Shown in pieces: positions 10,514 through 20,738 of a stretch of DNA of 64,000 bases. Positions within the stretch are counted from its first letter, which is position 1, and each line of letters starts with the position of its first letter. The notes beneath the pieces were generated by a model. It ran no database searches. It was not told the DNA's origin and saw only the letters and a list, made by a program, of their open reading frames with translations. The stretch comes from a virus. Lineage: Duplodnaviria; Heunggongvirae; Uroviricota; Caudoviricetes; Schitoviridae. The stretch covers positions 14,677-78,676 of the IMG/VR virus record IMGVR_UViG_3300028490_000001; one strand, written 5' to 3'. The position numbers were made by a program, and so were the translations under genes.

Positions 10514-11170
10514 TTAGTCTATAGCCATTCGAGCAGATTGCTCTGCAGCTAGTGCATCTAATTCTTCCTGTGTTAAATCAGGAAGGACTTCTACAGAGTG
10601 AGCTTTGATTATCTTAGCTGTCTGTACATACTTTCCGTCTTTACCTTTTTTGTTTACAAAGATTGTACATTCTCTATCTTTGAGCATGTTGTAGATTATC
10701 TGTGGTATATGATAACCCTCTTCTATATTGAAAGGAACATATTTCTTGATATCACCAATAACATCATTCCCAACAGTTATAATCTCGCCTTCCCAGTTTT
10801 GTTTAGCCGGGTCCTTACATGTAACAATTACACGAACTTGTCTTGTAGCTTCTTTACGAGCTTGCATTTTTGCTTTACCTATGGCAGCATACCCTACAGC
10901 TTTCTCTCCAACATCTTTTACCATGTTTGTTTCAAAGTTGTTTGTTATCTTTTGCTTTTCGACTTCTAGTTTTTCTGCGAACTCTATTTCAAGTTGCTTT
11001 CTGATGTCTTCCTCGCTAAATGTAACTACTGGTTGCTCTGGCAGTTCTATTGTATCTGCTCCATCTAATGCTGCAAGTACTGCTTTTTTAATTACTTCTG
11101 TCTTTGCGTTTGATGCGAACGACAATCCAAGTTTCTCTGCTTCTGCTAATAACTCTTGTCTTTCTGTCAT
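10514..11170 (-). CDS. Hypothetical structural protein (218 aa)
   Basis: ORF track; RBS 'AAGGA' 7 nt upstream of the ATG on the minus strand. Confidence 0.3.
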   Translation of the reverse strand: MTERQELLAEAEKLGLSFASNAKTEVIKKAVLAALDGADTIELPEQPVVTFSEEDIRKQLEIEFAEKLEVEKQKITNNFETNMVKDVGEKAVGYAAIGKAKMQARKEATRQVRVIVTCKDPAKQNWEGEIITVGNDVIGDIKKYVPFNIEEGYHIPQIIYNMLKDRECTIFVNKKGKDGKYVQTAKIIKAHSVEVLPDLTQEELDALAAEQSARMAID

Positions 11171-11216
11171 GTTGAATCCTTTTTTTGTTTGGTTTGGTTT
11201 AAGGCTAGTGCCACAA

Positions 11217-11236
11217 GAACCACCCTTGGGTGGCTC
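11217..11236 (-). promoter_or_regulatory. Copy 2 of the repeated hairpin element GAACCACCC-tt-GGGTGGCTC
   Basis: Same motif as at 10485-10504; intergenic. Confidence 0.3.
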
Positions 11237-11253
11237 AAGTCATACTAGATTAT

Positions 11254-11637
11254 TTATTTGGGTAGGTCGCCTACTGGTGGCCGTGCTCCACATATTTCAT
11301 AGATAGGTTTCTCAATATCATTTGCCCAACTGTAGTCAATACCGTTGTTCTTACCGTCTCCAGCAACTGTATCTTTCATTGTTCCATCGTCAGTCTTAAC
11401 ATCTTCCCATTTAGGGTTGTTTTCGATTACGGTTTCACGTTTTGCTTCTACAGCTTCTGTGAACGCATGTTTATACTTTGCATTGATTACTGTTCCAACA
11501 CACATTCCATCTGGTGTTCCAAGTTGATTTACTATGAATGCAAATCTCTTGTCTACGCCTTCTACTTTTACAAGTACAAAGTCTCTACTAACTGTCCCTT
11601 TAACAAGACCTCTAACTTTCATTTCAACTGTTGCCAT
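11254..11637 (-). CDS. Hypothetical virion protein (127 aa)
   Basis: ORF track. Confidence 0.3.
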   Translation of the reverse strand: MATVEMKVRGLVKGTVSRDFVLVKVEGVDKRFAFIVNQLGTPDGMCVGTVINAKYKHAFTEAVEAKRETVIENNPKWEDVKTDDGTMKDTVAGDGKNNGIDYSWANDIEKPIYEICGARPPVGDLPK

Positions 11638-11649
11638 AACTAATTCCTT

Positions 11650-11976
11650 TTAGCTTAATTTTTTAATAACAGAATCTTTTCCAGAAATTAGAGCATCTAA
11701 GCTACTAACAACCGTTACAGATAAACTATCATTTTTTGTTTTCATAAGTTTGTCGCTTAGTCTATAAATTTCCCCAGTGGAGATATCCATAATTATACTC
11801 GACTTACCTAAAACTGAGTTCATTACCGTCTTTGAATTTTGAACATACATAACTGAAAGCTTACCGCTCTTAGTCAATACAACTTCTTGTACTTTTTCTT
11901 CGACAACAGGTCCTTGAACCAACTCTACTTTAGCTTTTGCTTCTTTTTTCTTAGGTGTAGTTTTTTTCTTTTCCAT
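11650..11976 (-). CDS. Hypothetical protein (108 aa), immediately downstream of the MCP
   Basis: ORF track. Confidence 0.3.
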   Translation of the reverse strand: MEKKKTTPKKKEAKAKVELVQGPVVEEKVQEVVLTKSGKLSVMYVQNSKTVMNSVLGKSSIIMDISTGEIYRLSDKLMKTKNDSLSVTVVSSLDALISGKDSVIKKLS

Positions 11977-11997
11977 AAATAGTTCCTTTATATGGTT

Positions 11998-12025
11998 ATG
12001 TCTCCGACATCTGTGTCGGAGACAT
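11998..12025 (-). terminator. Perfect 11-bp stem hairpin (ATGTCTCCGAC-atctgt-GTCGGAGACAT) 4 nt after the MCP stop codon
   Basis: Inverted repeat seen directly in the sequence, positioned at the 3' end of the putative major capsid gene. Confidence 0.45.
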
Positions 12026-12028
12026 AGA

Positions 12029-13285
12029 TTATACTTCAGCTACAACTTTGTAACAAGAAATCCACTCAGGACGCTGTGCAAGGAAACCGTAGTACCATTT
12101 GATTGAATAGAATCCAGTTTCACCGTATGGGTCAAGAGAGTTCACGTTGTTGCTTGGAGCTCTGTGATTGATTTTCCACTTAACTTTCTTACCAGAAGTC
12201 TGGAATCCAATTTGTGTAAATGAACCAGAACCAACAGTCAACATTGGGAAGATATCATATTTTCCACCAGTTTCTCTGTATCCAGCATTCGCTGCAGTAG
12301 CATCTGCTCCAGCACCTTCCCAGTGTAACATCTCAGGTACAAGGATGAATCTAAACTGGTCAATAGCACCAATCTCACCTTTAGCAAGTGTACCAGCAGC
12401 AGCATAGTGTCTAGCTTCAACAAATGCTTTCTCTCCGTGGAGGTCTTTCATTCTTTTAAGTGTAGGAATCATTTCAGAACCAACATAGATATATCTAGCA
12501 TTATCAATAGTAAGTGTATCAATAAGTCTAGACCCAGTGATTATCTTAGTATTTTTAGGTGCTTTGTTATCATCAAGTGTGATACCTGTCTTCATTAGTC
12601 CTTCATAAGTAGGAACAGAAATAGTAGCCGTAGACTCACCTGTAACTGTAGCGTTTGAAGTTGCGTCTCCACCAAATCTAATTACACCAGCTGCATTTAA
12701 AAGGTCAACCTGAAGTTGTGCTTCAGTGATTTCATTTGCGCCTCTAGTAGACTCACGTCTAATGTGCATTTGTAATTGTGGGTCAGTATCAAAGTCAATT
12801 GATTCTTGGTTGTATTCATCAAAGAATCCAAACTTAGCCATAGTACCTTCGATTTCAACACGCTTGAATCCGACACGGTTCACTCTACCACCATGCTCAG
12901 TAAGAGTAGGAAGTTTACCAACGATTGTACCTATATCTTTAGAAGAACCATAAAGGTTTCCATCTTGAATAGTTGCACCAGTTGCATCAATACCCTGGTC
13001 ATTGATATTTCTATCGTCCAAAAGAGGAAGGTATAAATATTTCTTAATTTTCTTACCCATATGTTTAGGCATAGAAGTTGTATCTGCTAATTGACCGAAG
13101 AACTGTTCTTTAGCAATTTCGATAAGAGCTTTTTTGTCGTAGTAGTATGTATTGATTTGAGCACCAATAGAACTATTTGTACCATCACCATAGATTCTTT
13201 CTGAATCGTTAGTTTCTGTGTTAAATGCACCTGATGCTGCGATAGCAGCGAGGTACGTTGCTGTAGATAATTTAATCGTTTTCAT
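12029..13285 (-). CDS. Major capsid protein (418 aa)
   Basis: Size, position directly downstream of an acidic scaffold-like gene and the portal, and a strong hairpin after the stop. No motif-level proof. Confidence 0.5.
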   Translation of the reverse strand: MKTIKLSTATYLAAIAASGAFNTETNDSERIYGDGTNSSIGAQINTYYYDKKALIEIAKEQFFGQLADTTSMPKHMGKKIKKYLYLPLLDDRNINDQGIDATGATIQDGNLYGSSKDIGTIVGKLPTLTEHGGRVNRVGFKRVEIEGTMAKFGFFDEYNQESIDFDTDPQLQMHIRRESTRGANEITEAQLQVDLLNAAGVIRFGGDATSNATVTGESTATISVPTYEGLMKTGITLDDNKAPKNTKIITGSRLIDTLTIDNARYIYVGSEMIPTLKRMKDLHGEKAFVEARHYAAAGTLAKGEIGAIDQFRFILVPEMLHWEGAGADATAANAGYRETGGKYDIFPMLTVGSGSFTQIGFQTSGKKVKWKINHRAPSNNVNSLDPYGETGFYSIKWYYGFLAQRPEWISCYKVVAEV

Positions 13286-13297
13286 TACTTTTCCTTG

Positions 13298-14503
13298 TTA
13301 TTGTAATGTCCCACCGAACTTCTTGTCGAAGTCAGCGTCTGACATCTCCATGATGTCTAGTGGGTCAAATTCTTTGTTCTGTGGCTTACGAGAAGATTTA
13401 GTTCCAGACATTCTGGCTTTATCGCTCTTGCTAGACACACGTCTCTGTGCTTTCTTTTGTTCTGGAGCACTCTCTTGTTTTTCAACAGTCGAGTTTTCAG
13501 GTTGTGTTGCTAGCTCTCTAGCTGTCTCTATGTATAGTTCCATGTCGCTCATTCCTGTAGGAACCTTACGCATGTCTCTTTTATAGTTCATAGCATCCAT
13601 CACTGCATCATATGCACCTGTCTCCATGTCTCGATTAAGAGCAACTATATAGCTAGGATTATCAGAAATGATTTCCCTCGACTTTTTGTCAAACTCTTTA
13701 GTCATAACATCCAATGTTTTCTCTTTAAAGTCACTGTTTCTGATTGCATCGAGTGCTTCTTCTATCTCGACTTCTCTTTCACTGACAAGGTGGTTCTGTG
13801 GCTGGTAATCTTTACCAACCTTTATAGCCGCCTCATCTGCAAATTCGAGCGGGTCTATATCAGACTCCGCTATAAGTCGCTTCAGAGCATCTTTGTTACC
13901 ATGTTTTACTTCAAGGAGTAGGTTCAATGTTTCTTCATCATCAAGCAGACCTTCTTTTTCAAGAGTCTTTAGTGCTTTAAGATGAGGCTTCATTGATTGC
14001 ATCTTCCTATTGTAATCCATACCCATTTCTATAAAGTTTTTGGCATGTTGAGGATTTCTAATTTGAACTTCTCTTCCGCTTGCTTTTATCGGATTCGCAA
14101 ATAGTAGGTCATATGCCTCTTTCATTTGTTCCGCTGTTGCAGCATCTGTCTGTTCTTCTTCGCTAGGTTGATTATCTTCAGTATTGTCTTCGCTGTCTGC
14201 TTGCTCTGAGTCTTCTGGCACTGCAGTGTCATCGTTCTCATCTTCATTTGCGTCAGGCTCATCCTCTACGACATTATCATCGCCTAAGTTTTCATCCTCT
14301 GTTATTGACTTTTCAAAATCTTCCGGAGATAGATTCTCAAAGTCTTCATCACTAGTGGACATGATTGCGGTTGCAACATCATCCTCTTCGTTTGTTGTTT
14401 CATCTTCATTTACTTCATCTAGTTCATCTGGCTCTTCAGAACCAGCACTAGAAATAGCAAGCAAAGACATTGCAGTTGATACAAACAATTCAATCTTAGG
14501 CAT
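13298..14503 (-). CDS. Scaffolding protein (401 aa, extremely acidic N-terminal half with a helical C-terminal half)
   Basis: D/E-rich composition and location between portal and MCP. Confidence 0.5.
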   Translation of the reverse strand: MPKIELFVSTAMSLLAISSAGSEEPDELDEVNEDETTNEEDDVATAIMSTSDEDFENLSPEDFEKSITEDENLGDDNVVEDEPDANEDENDDTAVPEDSEQADSEDNTEDNQPSEEEQTDAATAEQMKEAYDLLFANPIKASGREVQIRNPQHAKNFIEMGMDYNRKMQSMKPHLKALKTLEKEGLLDDEETLNLLLEVKHGNKDALKRLIAESDIDPLEFADEAAIKVGKDYQPQNHLVSEREVEIEEALDAIRNSDFKEKTLDVMTKEFDKKSREIISDNPSYIVALNRDMETGAYDAVMDAMNYKRDMRKVPTGMSDMELYIETARELATQPENSTVEKQESAPEQKKAQRRVSSKSDKARMSGTKSSRKPQNKEFDPLDIMEMSDADFDKKFGGTLQ

Positions 14504-14504
14504 A

Positions 14505-14858
14505 CTATTCTCCTTCTCTTAGTTGGTCTAGCTCATCTTGTGAACGTGAAATCTGGTTTTCCATTTGTTTACCCATTTGCTTAATGCCAAGGATGAACTG
14601 TCTGAAAGAAGATATGGCACGCATGTCAGCAGCTAACTCAGCTTGCTTTTCTGGAGTCTGCCATTCGTTATCAGCAAGGCAGCTAACTAGTCTAGATGCT
14701 TCCTTCTCCAAATATCCAACTGTGAATATTTTTGCGAAGTCAGGGTTAGAGATTAATCTCTCCATACTGTTTTTTCTTTCCACTATCTCAGTAGCAGCCT
14801 GAATAGATATCTCTATCTCTTGCTCTATTTTTTCTTTCTCTTCTGGCGTAGGTATCAT
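14505..14858 (-). CDS. Hypothetical protein (117 aa) between portal and scaffold
   Basis: ORF track. A sigma70-like extended -10 'TGTGCTATAAT' and an RBS lie upstream on the minus strand. Confidence 0.35.
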   Translation of the reverse strand: MIPTPEEKEKIEQEIEISIQAATEIVERKNSMERLISNPDFAKIFTVGYLEKEASRLVSCLADNEWQTPEKQAELAADMRAISSFRQFILGIKQMGKQMENQISRSQDELDQLREGE

Positions 14859-14896
14859 TGTCGTTCCTTTGTTTGGTTTAGGTTGGTTATGCTGAA

Positions 14897-14919
14897 TTAT
14901 AGCACACTTCTAGCTTAAA
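14897..14919 (-). promoter_or_regulatory. Sigma70-like promoter (extended -10 TGTGCTATAAT) upstream of the 117-aa gene
   Basis: The reverse complement reads 'TTAAGCTAGAAGTGTGCTATAATTCAGCAT' followed by RBS 'AAGGAACGACAATG'. Confidence 0.3.
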
Positions 14920-17245
14920 GACGTCTGTTGACCAAAGAATCTTTCATATTCTCTTCTGGAGTGTCAGTGCCTGGCAACAGATTATCTACCGATTTTTGGT
15001 AGTGATTGTTGGCAGTAAAGACCTTTGGTTTAAGCTTTCCCGATTTTCCCTCTCCTCCTGAAGTTGGAGTTGGTGCATGTGAACCAATGAGCGGGTTATC
15101 TCTGTCTAATGCAGCAGCAACCTGCTTATCATCTATAGCATTCACTGCTCTCTGGTCTTCTGCTTCTTTTGCTCTATTGTGGTCAGCACCTTTAGCTATT
15201 TCACTTCTCATTTCATTTGTGCCATCCTTCTTCTGCACATAGTCAAGGTCTGACATGTCTGCAGTAGAGTTAAGAGCTTTTGCCTTAGCTTGTTCTGTTT
15301 CTGCCTTAGCGTTCTTAAGTAATGTATCAGCTTGATTTTCTGTACCTTTAGCTCTTTCATTTTGAACTTGCGCTTCAAGTAAATCTTTCTGGAGTTGTTT
15401 TATTTCCTCTTCCATTGGGTCTGGCTCTGGCTTGTATTCTTCAATTCTTTTTGCTAGGTCAGGCATCTTCTTAAGTCTGGCTATCTTTCCAAGTATTACT
15501 GACTGAAGACCTGGGTCCATGGATGGTCCAATTGTCTGAAGCATAAATCCAAGGTCCTGAGCCTGCTCTTGGTCGACTTCTGGTGTTGAGATTGTTAATC
15601 TAACATCAAAGTTACCAGCAAGTGCGTCTCTTGATATAGTTACTTCCTCTTCGTCTGTTATTCTAATGACCTCTTCATCATCAAGGTTTACAGCATTCAT
15701 AGACATTATTTTTCTTCCTGCTTCCACCACACCAAAAGACAGTCTTCTAAGAATTCCCATTTCTCTCTTTGATGTTGCATCAGAGGCAGTCTTTACTGCT
15801 GCTGCAGTAGAACCAAGTGCATTACCACCTTGTCCTGACGTGAATGCTCTTACACCTGTAAGTGCTTCTGCACCTTGTTCGTGAAACTGAATCATTTCTA
15901 GTGCTGAACGAGGTATCTCAGGGAATGTAGCCATAAAGAATGCCTTAGATGGGTCAACGTCTGGATTAAATATGTAATCTTTCCCTTGTTCAAATCTAAG
16001 CTTCTGTGCTGGGTCTAGTGCGTTCGCGGATATACCTTGTTGTGCATTCGCTGATTTACCCATAAGGTCTATCATTCCTCTACTTATTGCCCCAATAATG
16101 TCTTGATGTTCCTCAATAAGGACAGCATCTGGTTCACCACCATATACATCATTTCTTTTTGGCAAGTAAACTACTTTAATAAAAGGAGGTTTGTTATCTG
16201 GAAATGGATTCTTTTCTAATCTTATCATCGTAGAACCAACATACGTTGCAACTATTGGTACAAGCAGACCATCTTTGTTTATGTCCCAGTTGCCCCAATA
16301 TTCTATAGCTGTTAGCTTCTTTCTTGGGTCATCCTCGTAATTAAATACCTTTTCCTCATACTCTTCCTGACTTAGTGTCTCATCTGAGTCAGATATTATT
16401 GACTCAACATTTGAGTATTTTGAATCTAGTGCAAGTTCTGCTTTTGATGTTTGGAATTGATATGCAATAAGACCTGCTTTATCTAGGTCTCCACCACATG
16501 TAGGGTCTATTAATACTTTGTCATAGTCACACACTTCAATGGTTGGTCTATTATATAAAGTAACTAGCTCCTTAACCATCTCTGTTTTACCAGATGGGTC
16601 AGGTACAAGTTGAAGCATCCCTTGTGCTTGAGCTTGTAGTTCTTGGAAGTCACCAAGTAGCATTCCTCCCTGCTGTACAGCTTGTTGTGCTTGTCTGAGT
16701 CTATTTGCCACTTCTGGTGGAAGCTGCTGAATCATCACTGGTCTTTCGACCTCTTGCTCTTCTTCTTCGAACTCCCAACCTGTTCTAAGGAATACAACTC
16801 CCTCATCTACAGCAGTACGAACATATCTATCTATAAAATCGACTCTATCTATGTCCTTGTTAAACTGCTTGTTTAGGATTATCCCGTTATCTCTCGCAGC
16901 ATCTGTATCCAGGTGTGTAGTTGGAGTGACATCAAACATGTCATCAGAAGACAGCAGTGATTCGCTTAATGATGAATATCTCCATTCATTTTGCTTTCTA
17001 ACTAGCTTTGGTTGAAATTTACTTCTACCCTTCCCAGTATCAACCTTGATATTACCGTCTCTTACGCTTAACCATTTTTTTATGTTTCCAACGTGAACTG
17101 CAAACTCAGGTTCTGCATCACGTATCTCTTGTTTTAGTTTAGCAACCGAAGGAGGGTTCTTCCATTCTGGTTGAATCTCCTTTTCTATTCTGCGACCATT
17201 GTCGTCATAATTTACTTCGACTCTGTTGTCATCAGTGTTATCCAT
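14915..17245 (-). CDS. Portal protein (776 aa)
   Basis: Size and position upstream of scaffold and MCP. No motif proof. Confidence 0.45.
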   Translation of the reverse strand: MDNTDDNRVEVNYDDNGRRIEKEIQPEWKNPPSVAKLKQEIRDAEPEFAVHVGNIKKWLSVRDGNIKVDTGKGRSKFQPKLVRKQNEWRYSSLSESLLSSDDMFDVTPTTHLDTDAARDNGIILNKQFNKDIDRVDFIDRYVRTAVDEGVVFLRTGWEFEEEEQEVERPVMIQQLPPEVANRLRQAQQAVQQGGMLLGDFQELQAQAQGMLQLVPDPSGKTEMVKELVTLYNRPTIEVCDYDKVLIDPTCGGDLDKAGLIAYQFQTSKAELALDSKYSNVESIISDSDETLSQEEYEEKVFNYEDDPRKKLTAIEYWGNWDINKDGLLVPIVATYVGSTMIRLEKNPFPDNKPPFIKVVYLPKRNDVYGGEPDAVLIEEHQDIIGAISRGMIDLMGKSANAQQGISANALDPAQKLRFEQGKDYIFNPDVDPSKAFFMATFPEIPRSALEMIQFHEQGAEALTGVRAFTSGQGGNALGSTAAAVKTASDATSKREMGILRRLSFGVVEAGRKIMSMNAVNLDDEEVIRITDEEEVTISRDALAGNFDVRLTISTPEVDQEQAQDLGFMLQTIGPSMDPGLQSVILGKIARLKKMPDLAKRIEEYKPEPDPMEEEIKQLQKDLLEAQVQNERAKGTENQADTLLKNAKAETEQAKAKALNSTADMSDLDYVQKKDGTNEMRSEIAKGADHNRAKEAEDQRAVNAIDDKQVAAALDRDNPLIGSHAPTPTSGGEGKSGKLKPKVFTANNHYQKSVDNLLPGTDTPEENMKDSLVNRRL

Positions 17246-17254
17246 TCTGTCTCC

Positions 17255-18550
17255 TTATGATATTGACTGTTCTGGATGACCACCCACAAACAGTTTTCTG
17301 CTGACACGAAGTATATCTAAATCTACCTCTACCAGTTCTCCACTTCTTGAGTTTCCAAAATAGAAGTATCTTCCATCTCTTGAAATCCAGTTAGAGTGAG
17401 TTTGGAACAGTCCATCTTTTGGTGGAAATCCTGCTGGGTCGTTGTTCACATGTATTCTGTAAACGCTCTTTGTTGTATTCATTCTTAATATTGATATATA
17501 GTTATCGAAGTGGTTCGTAATCACTGCATACGGATGCTTTGATGAGAAGTTTACATGACCTCCACCATAACCACTAGGATATTCTTTTATCCACTTCATG
17601 TCAGAGAGTCTGAGCACATGAGTCTTTCTACTTTTGAATGTTGGGACCCACAGTTCTGACCTATCAGGTGACAGGCTGTAATGGTGAACTGTATCATCAA
17701 AAGAACTATGAGGTAGTGGAGTATATGGATAAGAGTGCAATCTTGAACCATCCCATCTGAATTTTTGGATACCTGGAAGCTTACCTGCTCTAGTTACTAC
17801 CTTTGTTCTACTTACTACATCGCCACACTCATTCTTTACAACTTTTATGTACGACAATTCCTTTAGACCTTCTACTGCACCATAAACATATCTTTCACTT
17901 AGTGACACGTCAATCTTGTCATCCTGTATTGTATGTAATGCAGTTTCAGTATCTATTCTTTGAGTATAAATAACCTTCCATTTTCGATTATCAAGAGGAT
18001 ATACTTTGAATATTTTAACTTCACTCTCTATCCTATTTATGTATCCAAAATGGTCTTCATCAAACCAAACTGCGTGCCCAGACGTTGAGCCACCTTGGTT
18101 TCCTTCTGCAGGTCTATCATCTCTCTTTTCCCAGTCTGTAAAAATAACCTTGTCTGTTGTCACGTCAATCAAGGCAACACCCGTATCTGATGTTCCGCTG
18201 ACTAACTGAAGGTTATATTTGTAGTTTTGGTCTCCACATGTTCGTGGTTTAAATGGTAGAGGTATTGACTTTATATACTTCTTTTGAGCCATATCAATGA
18301 CATCGAAGGAATACGAGCTTTGTGTTCTAACATACATCTTATCTGTGAAACATGCTCTATCTACAGAGTGAGGGTTTGTACCACCGCATTCTATCTCAGC
18401 GTCTAGTTCCATAGTTTCTGTATTCCATTGCATAACAGAATTTCGACATATATCTTCATTGACGTAGTATAGATACTTGCTGTCCCACGGGTCGTTCTCG
18501 TCTCGTTCAACAGCTTCTATTGCTACACCTATAACTCCCTTACTTGCCAT
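17255..18550 (-). CDS. Hypothetical protein (431 aa), possibly beta-propeller-like
   Basis: ORF track; Trp/Tyr-rich repetitive beta-type sequence. Confidence 0.25.
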   Translation of the reverse strand: MASKGVIGVAIEAVERDENDPWDSKYLYYVNEDICRNSVMQWNTETMELDAEIECGGTNPHSVDRACFTDKMYVRTQSSYSFDVIDMAQKKYIKSIPLPFKPRTCGDQNYKYNLQLVSGTSDTGVALIDVTTDKVIFTDWEKRDDRPAEGNQGGSTSGHAVWFDEDHFGYINRIESEVKIFKVYPLDNRKWKVIYTQRIDTETALHTIQDDKIDVSLSERYVYGAVEGLKELSYIKVVKNECGDVVSRTKVVTRAGKLPGIQKFRWDGSRLHSYPYTPLPHSSFDDTVHHYSLSPDRSELWVPTFKSRKTHVLRLSDMKWIKEYPSGYGGGHVNFSSKHPYAVITNHFDNYISILRMNTTKSVYRIHVNNDPAGFPPKDGLFQTHSNWISRDGRYFYFGNSRSGELVEVDLDILRVSRKLFVGGHPEQSIS

Positions 18551-18599
18551 GATATCTCTCTTTCATTTATTTTGTTTCACACAGGCTTAACGCCTATGC

Positions 18600-18884
18600 T
18601 TATCGTCCCATGTTTTTCATTTTATTTTCTAACATAATTACTGCAATTTCTATTCCCATATTTATGAAAGTAGAGAAAGATGACGAAAAGAATTTTTTAG
18701 CTTTCTTAAATACTCTGTCTCTCTTTTCAGAACCTGGGATTCTCTCAGTACTAACTATCTCTACTTCATCTTTGATAAAGTCTAGCAAATCGCTACCTAT
18801 CAACCATTTTATTGCTCTATTAGCAAACATCATTTTAAAAGCGTTCATTTTACATCCTTGTGTTTTATTTATTTTGTAGGTCAA
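18600..18884 (-). CDS. Hypothetical protein (94 aa)
   Basis: ORF track. Confidence 0.25.
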   Translation of the reverse strand: MTYKINKTQGCKMNAFKMMFANRAIKWLIGSDLLDFIKDEVEIVSTERIPGSEKRDRVFKKAKKFFSSSFSTFINMGIEIAVIMLENKMKNMGR

Positions 18885-18910
18885 TTATATCAGATAATTC
18901 ATAAATCAAG

Positions 18911-19447
18911 TTACAACTCGTTTATGAATTCCGATAATGATGACAAGAGGTTGTCTCTTTCTATCCCGCCGGGAATGAATAATTTCTGGTGAGAAGCGAA
19001 GAAAGGTTCTATCAGTATACAGACAGAGCGTCCACGACATAAGAACCCTCCTCCTCTTTCTCTACGTCTGACTCTTTTTAGGTTTCTATCGTTGTTGTCA
19101 AGATACTTATCAAACTTACTATCTAGTTTTCCAGCTATTGTTCTTCCAGAGCGGGAACAGTAAAGTATCTCATGTCCATTTACATATTGCTTAGATGATG
19201 CATTAAAGTGGAACGATATAGAAATATCTGCTCCCCAATTATCTATACGTCTATGCATGTCTTTCATTCGTTCTGTATATCCATGAAGACTGTCTTTTCT
19301 AATAAACACTCTAAACTCATTGTCATCAGATAATGACTCAAGTAGCTCAGGAACCAACTCTTTATAGAAGTCGAATTCACTTACTCCTGCATTTCCATAT
19401 GCTCCCCTGCTTCCTTTTCTGTGTCCTATTACTAATGCTATTTTCAT
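18911..19447 (-). CDS. N-acetylmuramoyl-L-alanine amidase (Amidase_3 family) endolysin
   Basis: 'KIALVIGH...GA.G' N-terminus, 'ISISFHFNA' zinc-ligand motif and 'ILIEPFF' glutamate motif are typical of Amidase_3 (CwlV/AmiC-like). Adjacent to holin-like membrane proteins. Confidence 0.65.
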   Translation of the reverse strand: MKIALVIGHRKGSRGAYGNAGVSEFDFYKELVPELLESLSDDNEFRVFIRKDSLHGYTERMKDMHRRIDNWGADISISFHFNASSKQYVNGHEILYCSRSGRTIAGKLDSKFDKYLDNNDRNLKRVRRRERGGGFLCRGRSVCILIEPFFASHQKLFIPGGIERDNLLSSLSEFINEL

Positions 19448-19456
19448 ATTTACTTC

Positions 19457-19798
19457 CTATATTTTACTATTTTTTTCCCATGAATCTATATTATTATGTG
19501 GTATTAATCTCCACACGCCAAGACTCATGACAAACAATATTAGCACTAATGCCAATAAATCCATCTTTATGATAATTAGTCCATACGAGGCAACCATAGT
19601 TGCAAGTACAGTTGTTGTTGATATGGATGCCATAAGACGGTTAGTCTTATATAGCAAGAATAAATAGACTAGTGCTGCCATTACTACTATGTGTAAACCA
19701 GGTATGCTAATTATCATTTTTTTCCTCCTATTAAGTTCTTTACTCTCATATAAATACCATCTGAATTTATGGCAATTATTAAGGTTAAGACCATCCAT
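19457..19798 (-). CDS. Holin-like small membrane protein (113 aa, 2-3 TM)
   Basis: Hydrophobic segments; directly upstream of the amidase. Confidence 0.4.
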   Translation of the reverse strand: MDGLNLNNCHKFRWYLYESKELNRRKKMIISIPGLHIVVMAALVYLFLLYKTNRLMASISTTTVLATMVASYGLIIIKMDLLALVLILFVMSLGVWRLIPHNNIDSWEKNSKI

Positions 19799-20157
19799 AT
19801 AGAAGGAAGAGAGCCTAGAACAATGTCACTATCGAAGAAGTGAGCAATTATGCTTTCACCACTAGATAGCATTAGCGTAAAGGACAATAGTGAGAATATT
19901 AGTCCCACCACGAAAGCCCTTAGCAACTCAAGATGCATTCTTTTTATACATCTCTTACCAGAAGCTTCAACTTGAGCCTTCAGGTTCATAAAGTCGTAAT
20001 ATGCCATTGTCATAGACACAAACCCACCTACGGAGGCAGTAATTATGTATGCTGGGTCATCAAAGATAACCATGCTGCTAAACAATATAGAACTAACTGC
20101 AGCTTTTTTTGTTGCTGCCGCTGTTGCTGTTGCTACTACGATATCTGTCTTATCCAT
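19714..20157 (-). CDS. Membrane protein (147 aa, about 4 TM), holin/antiholin candidate
   Basis: Hydrophobic helices; part of the lysis cassette. Confidence 0.35.
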   Translation of the reverse strand: MDKTDIVVATATAAATKKAAVSSILFSSMVIFDDPAYIITASVGGFVSMTMAYYDFMNLKAQVEASGKRCIKRMHLELLRAFVVGLIFSLLSFTLMLSSGESIIAHFFDSDIVLGSLPSIWMVLTLIIAINSDGIYMRVKNLIGGKK

Positions 20158-20638
20158 TTTTTTTCCTTACATGCTTCATTATATCATTAAATAATGCAGA
20201 AGGTGAATACTTGCATCCTTTTGATAAAAATGAATACGTTTTTGTTTTTCTTATTATGTTTGCGCATACCTCTGAACAGAACACTTTATGCTCTGCCTGT
20301 ATGCAGATTGGCGTAACGCTTGTTATCGCACCAGTGTAGTCATATTTCATTCCCATATACTTCTCTATCTCATCCAGAACTATACATTCTTCATCCTTTG
20401 ACAGGTTGAGGTCTATATAGTCCCATGATTCAGGTCTCGGTTTGATTTTTCTATATTGAGAGGAGTTGGTTCGGGGAGAAACAGAGAACCACTTGTTGCC
20501 GATTACGATTTCCACATGAGAATACTTCCCTACTGAAAGACACGCTATTAGCCAATCAAGCCATAGTCTTCTTATGTAATCAAAGTATTTTTCATCTGCT
20601 CTTCTTTTCTGAAAAGCGACATAGAATGCAAGTCGCAA
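20150..20638 (-). CDS. Putative permuted papain-like (His...Cys) peptidase/hydrolase (162 aa)
   Basis: 'YSHVEIVIG' (His) precedes 'CSEVCANII' (Cys), reminiscent of permuted NlpC/P60-like cysteine peptidases. Location in the lysis region. Confidence 0.25.
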   Translation of the reverse strand: MRLAFYVAFQKRRADEKYFDYIRRLWLDWLIACLSVGKYSHVEIVIGNKWFSVSPRTNSSQYRKIKPRPESWDYIDLNLSKDEECIVLDEIEKYMGMKYDYTGAITSVTPICIQAEHKVFCSEVCANIIRKTKTYSFLSKGCKYSPSALFNDIMKHVRKKNG

Positions 20639-20738
20639 ATTAACTCCTGTAATTAATTGTTTTTTTTTACTGGAGCTGCGACAGCATCGACTCTTATATT
20701 ATTCGTATTTTATCACGTTATTCATAAGATACAAATTC

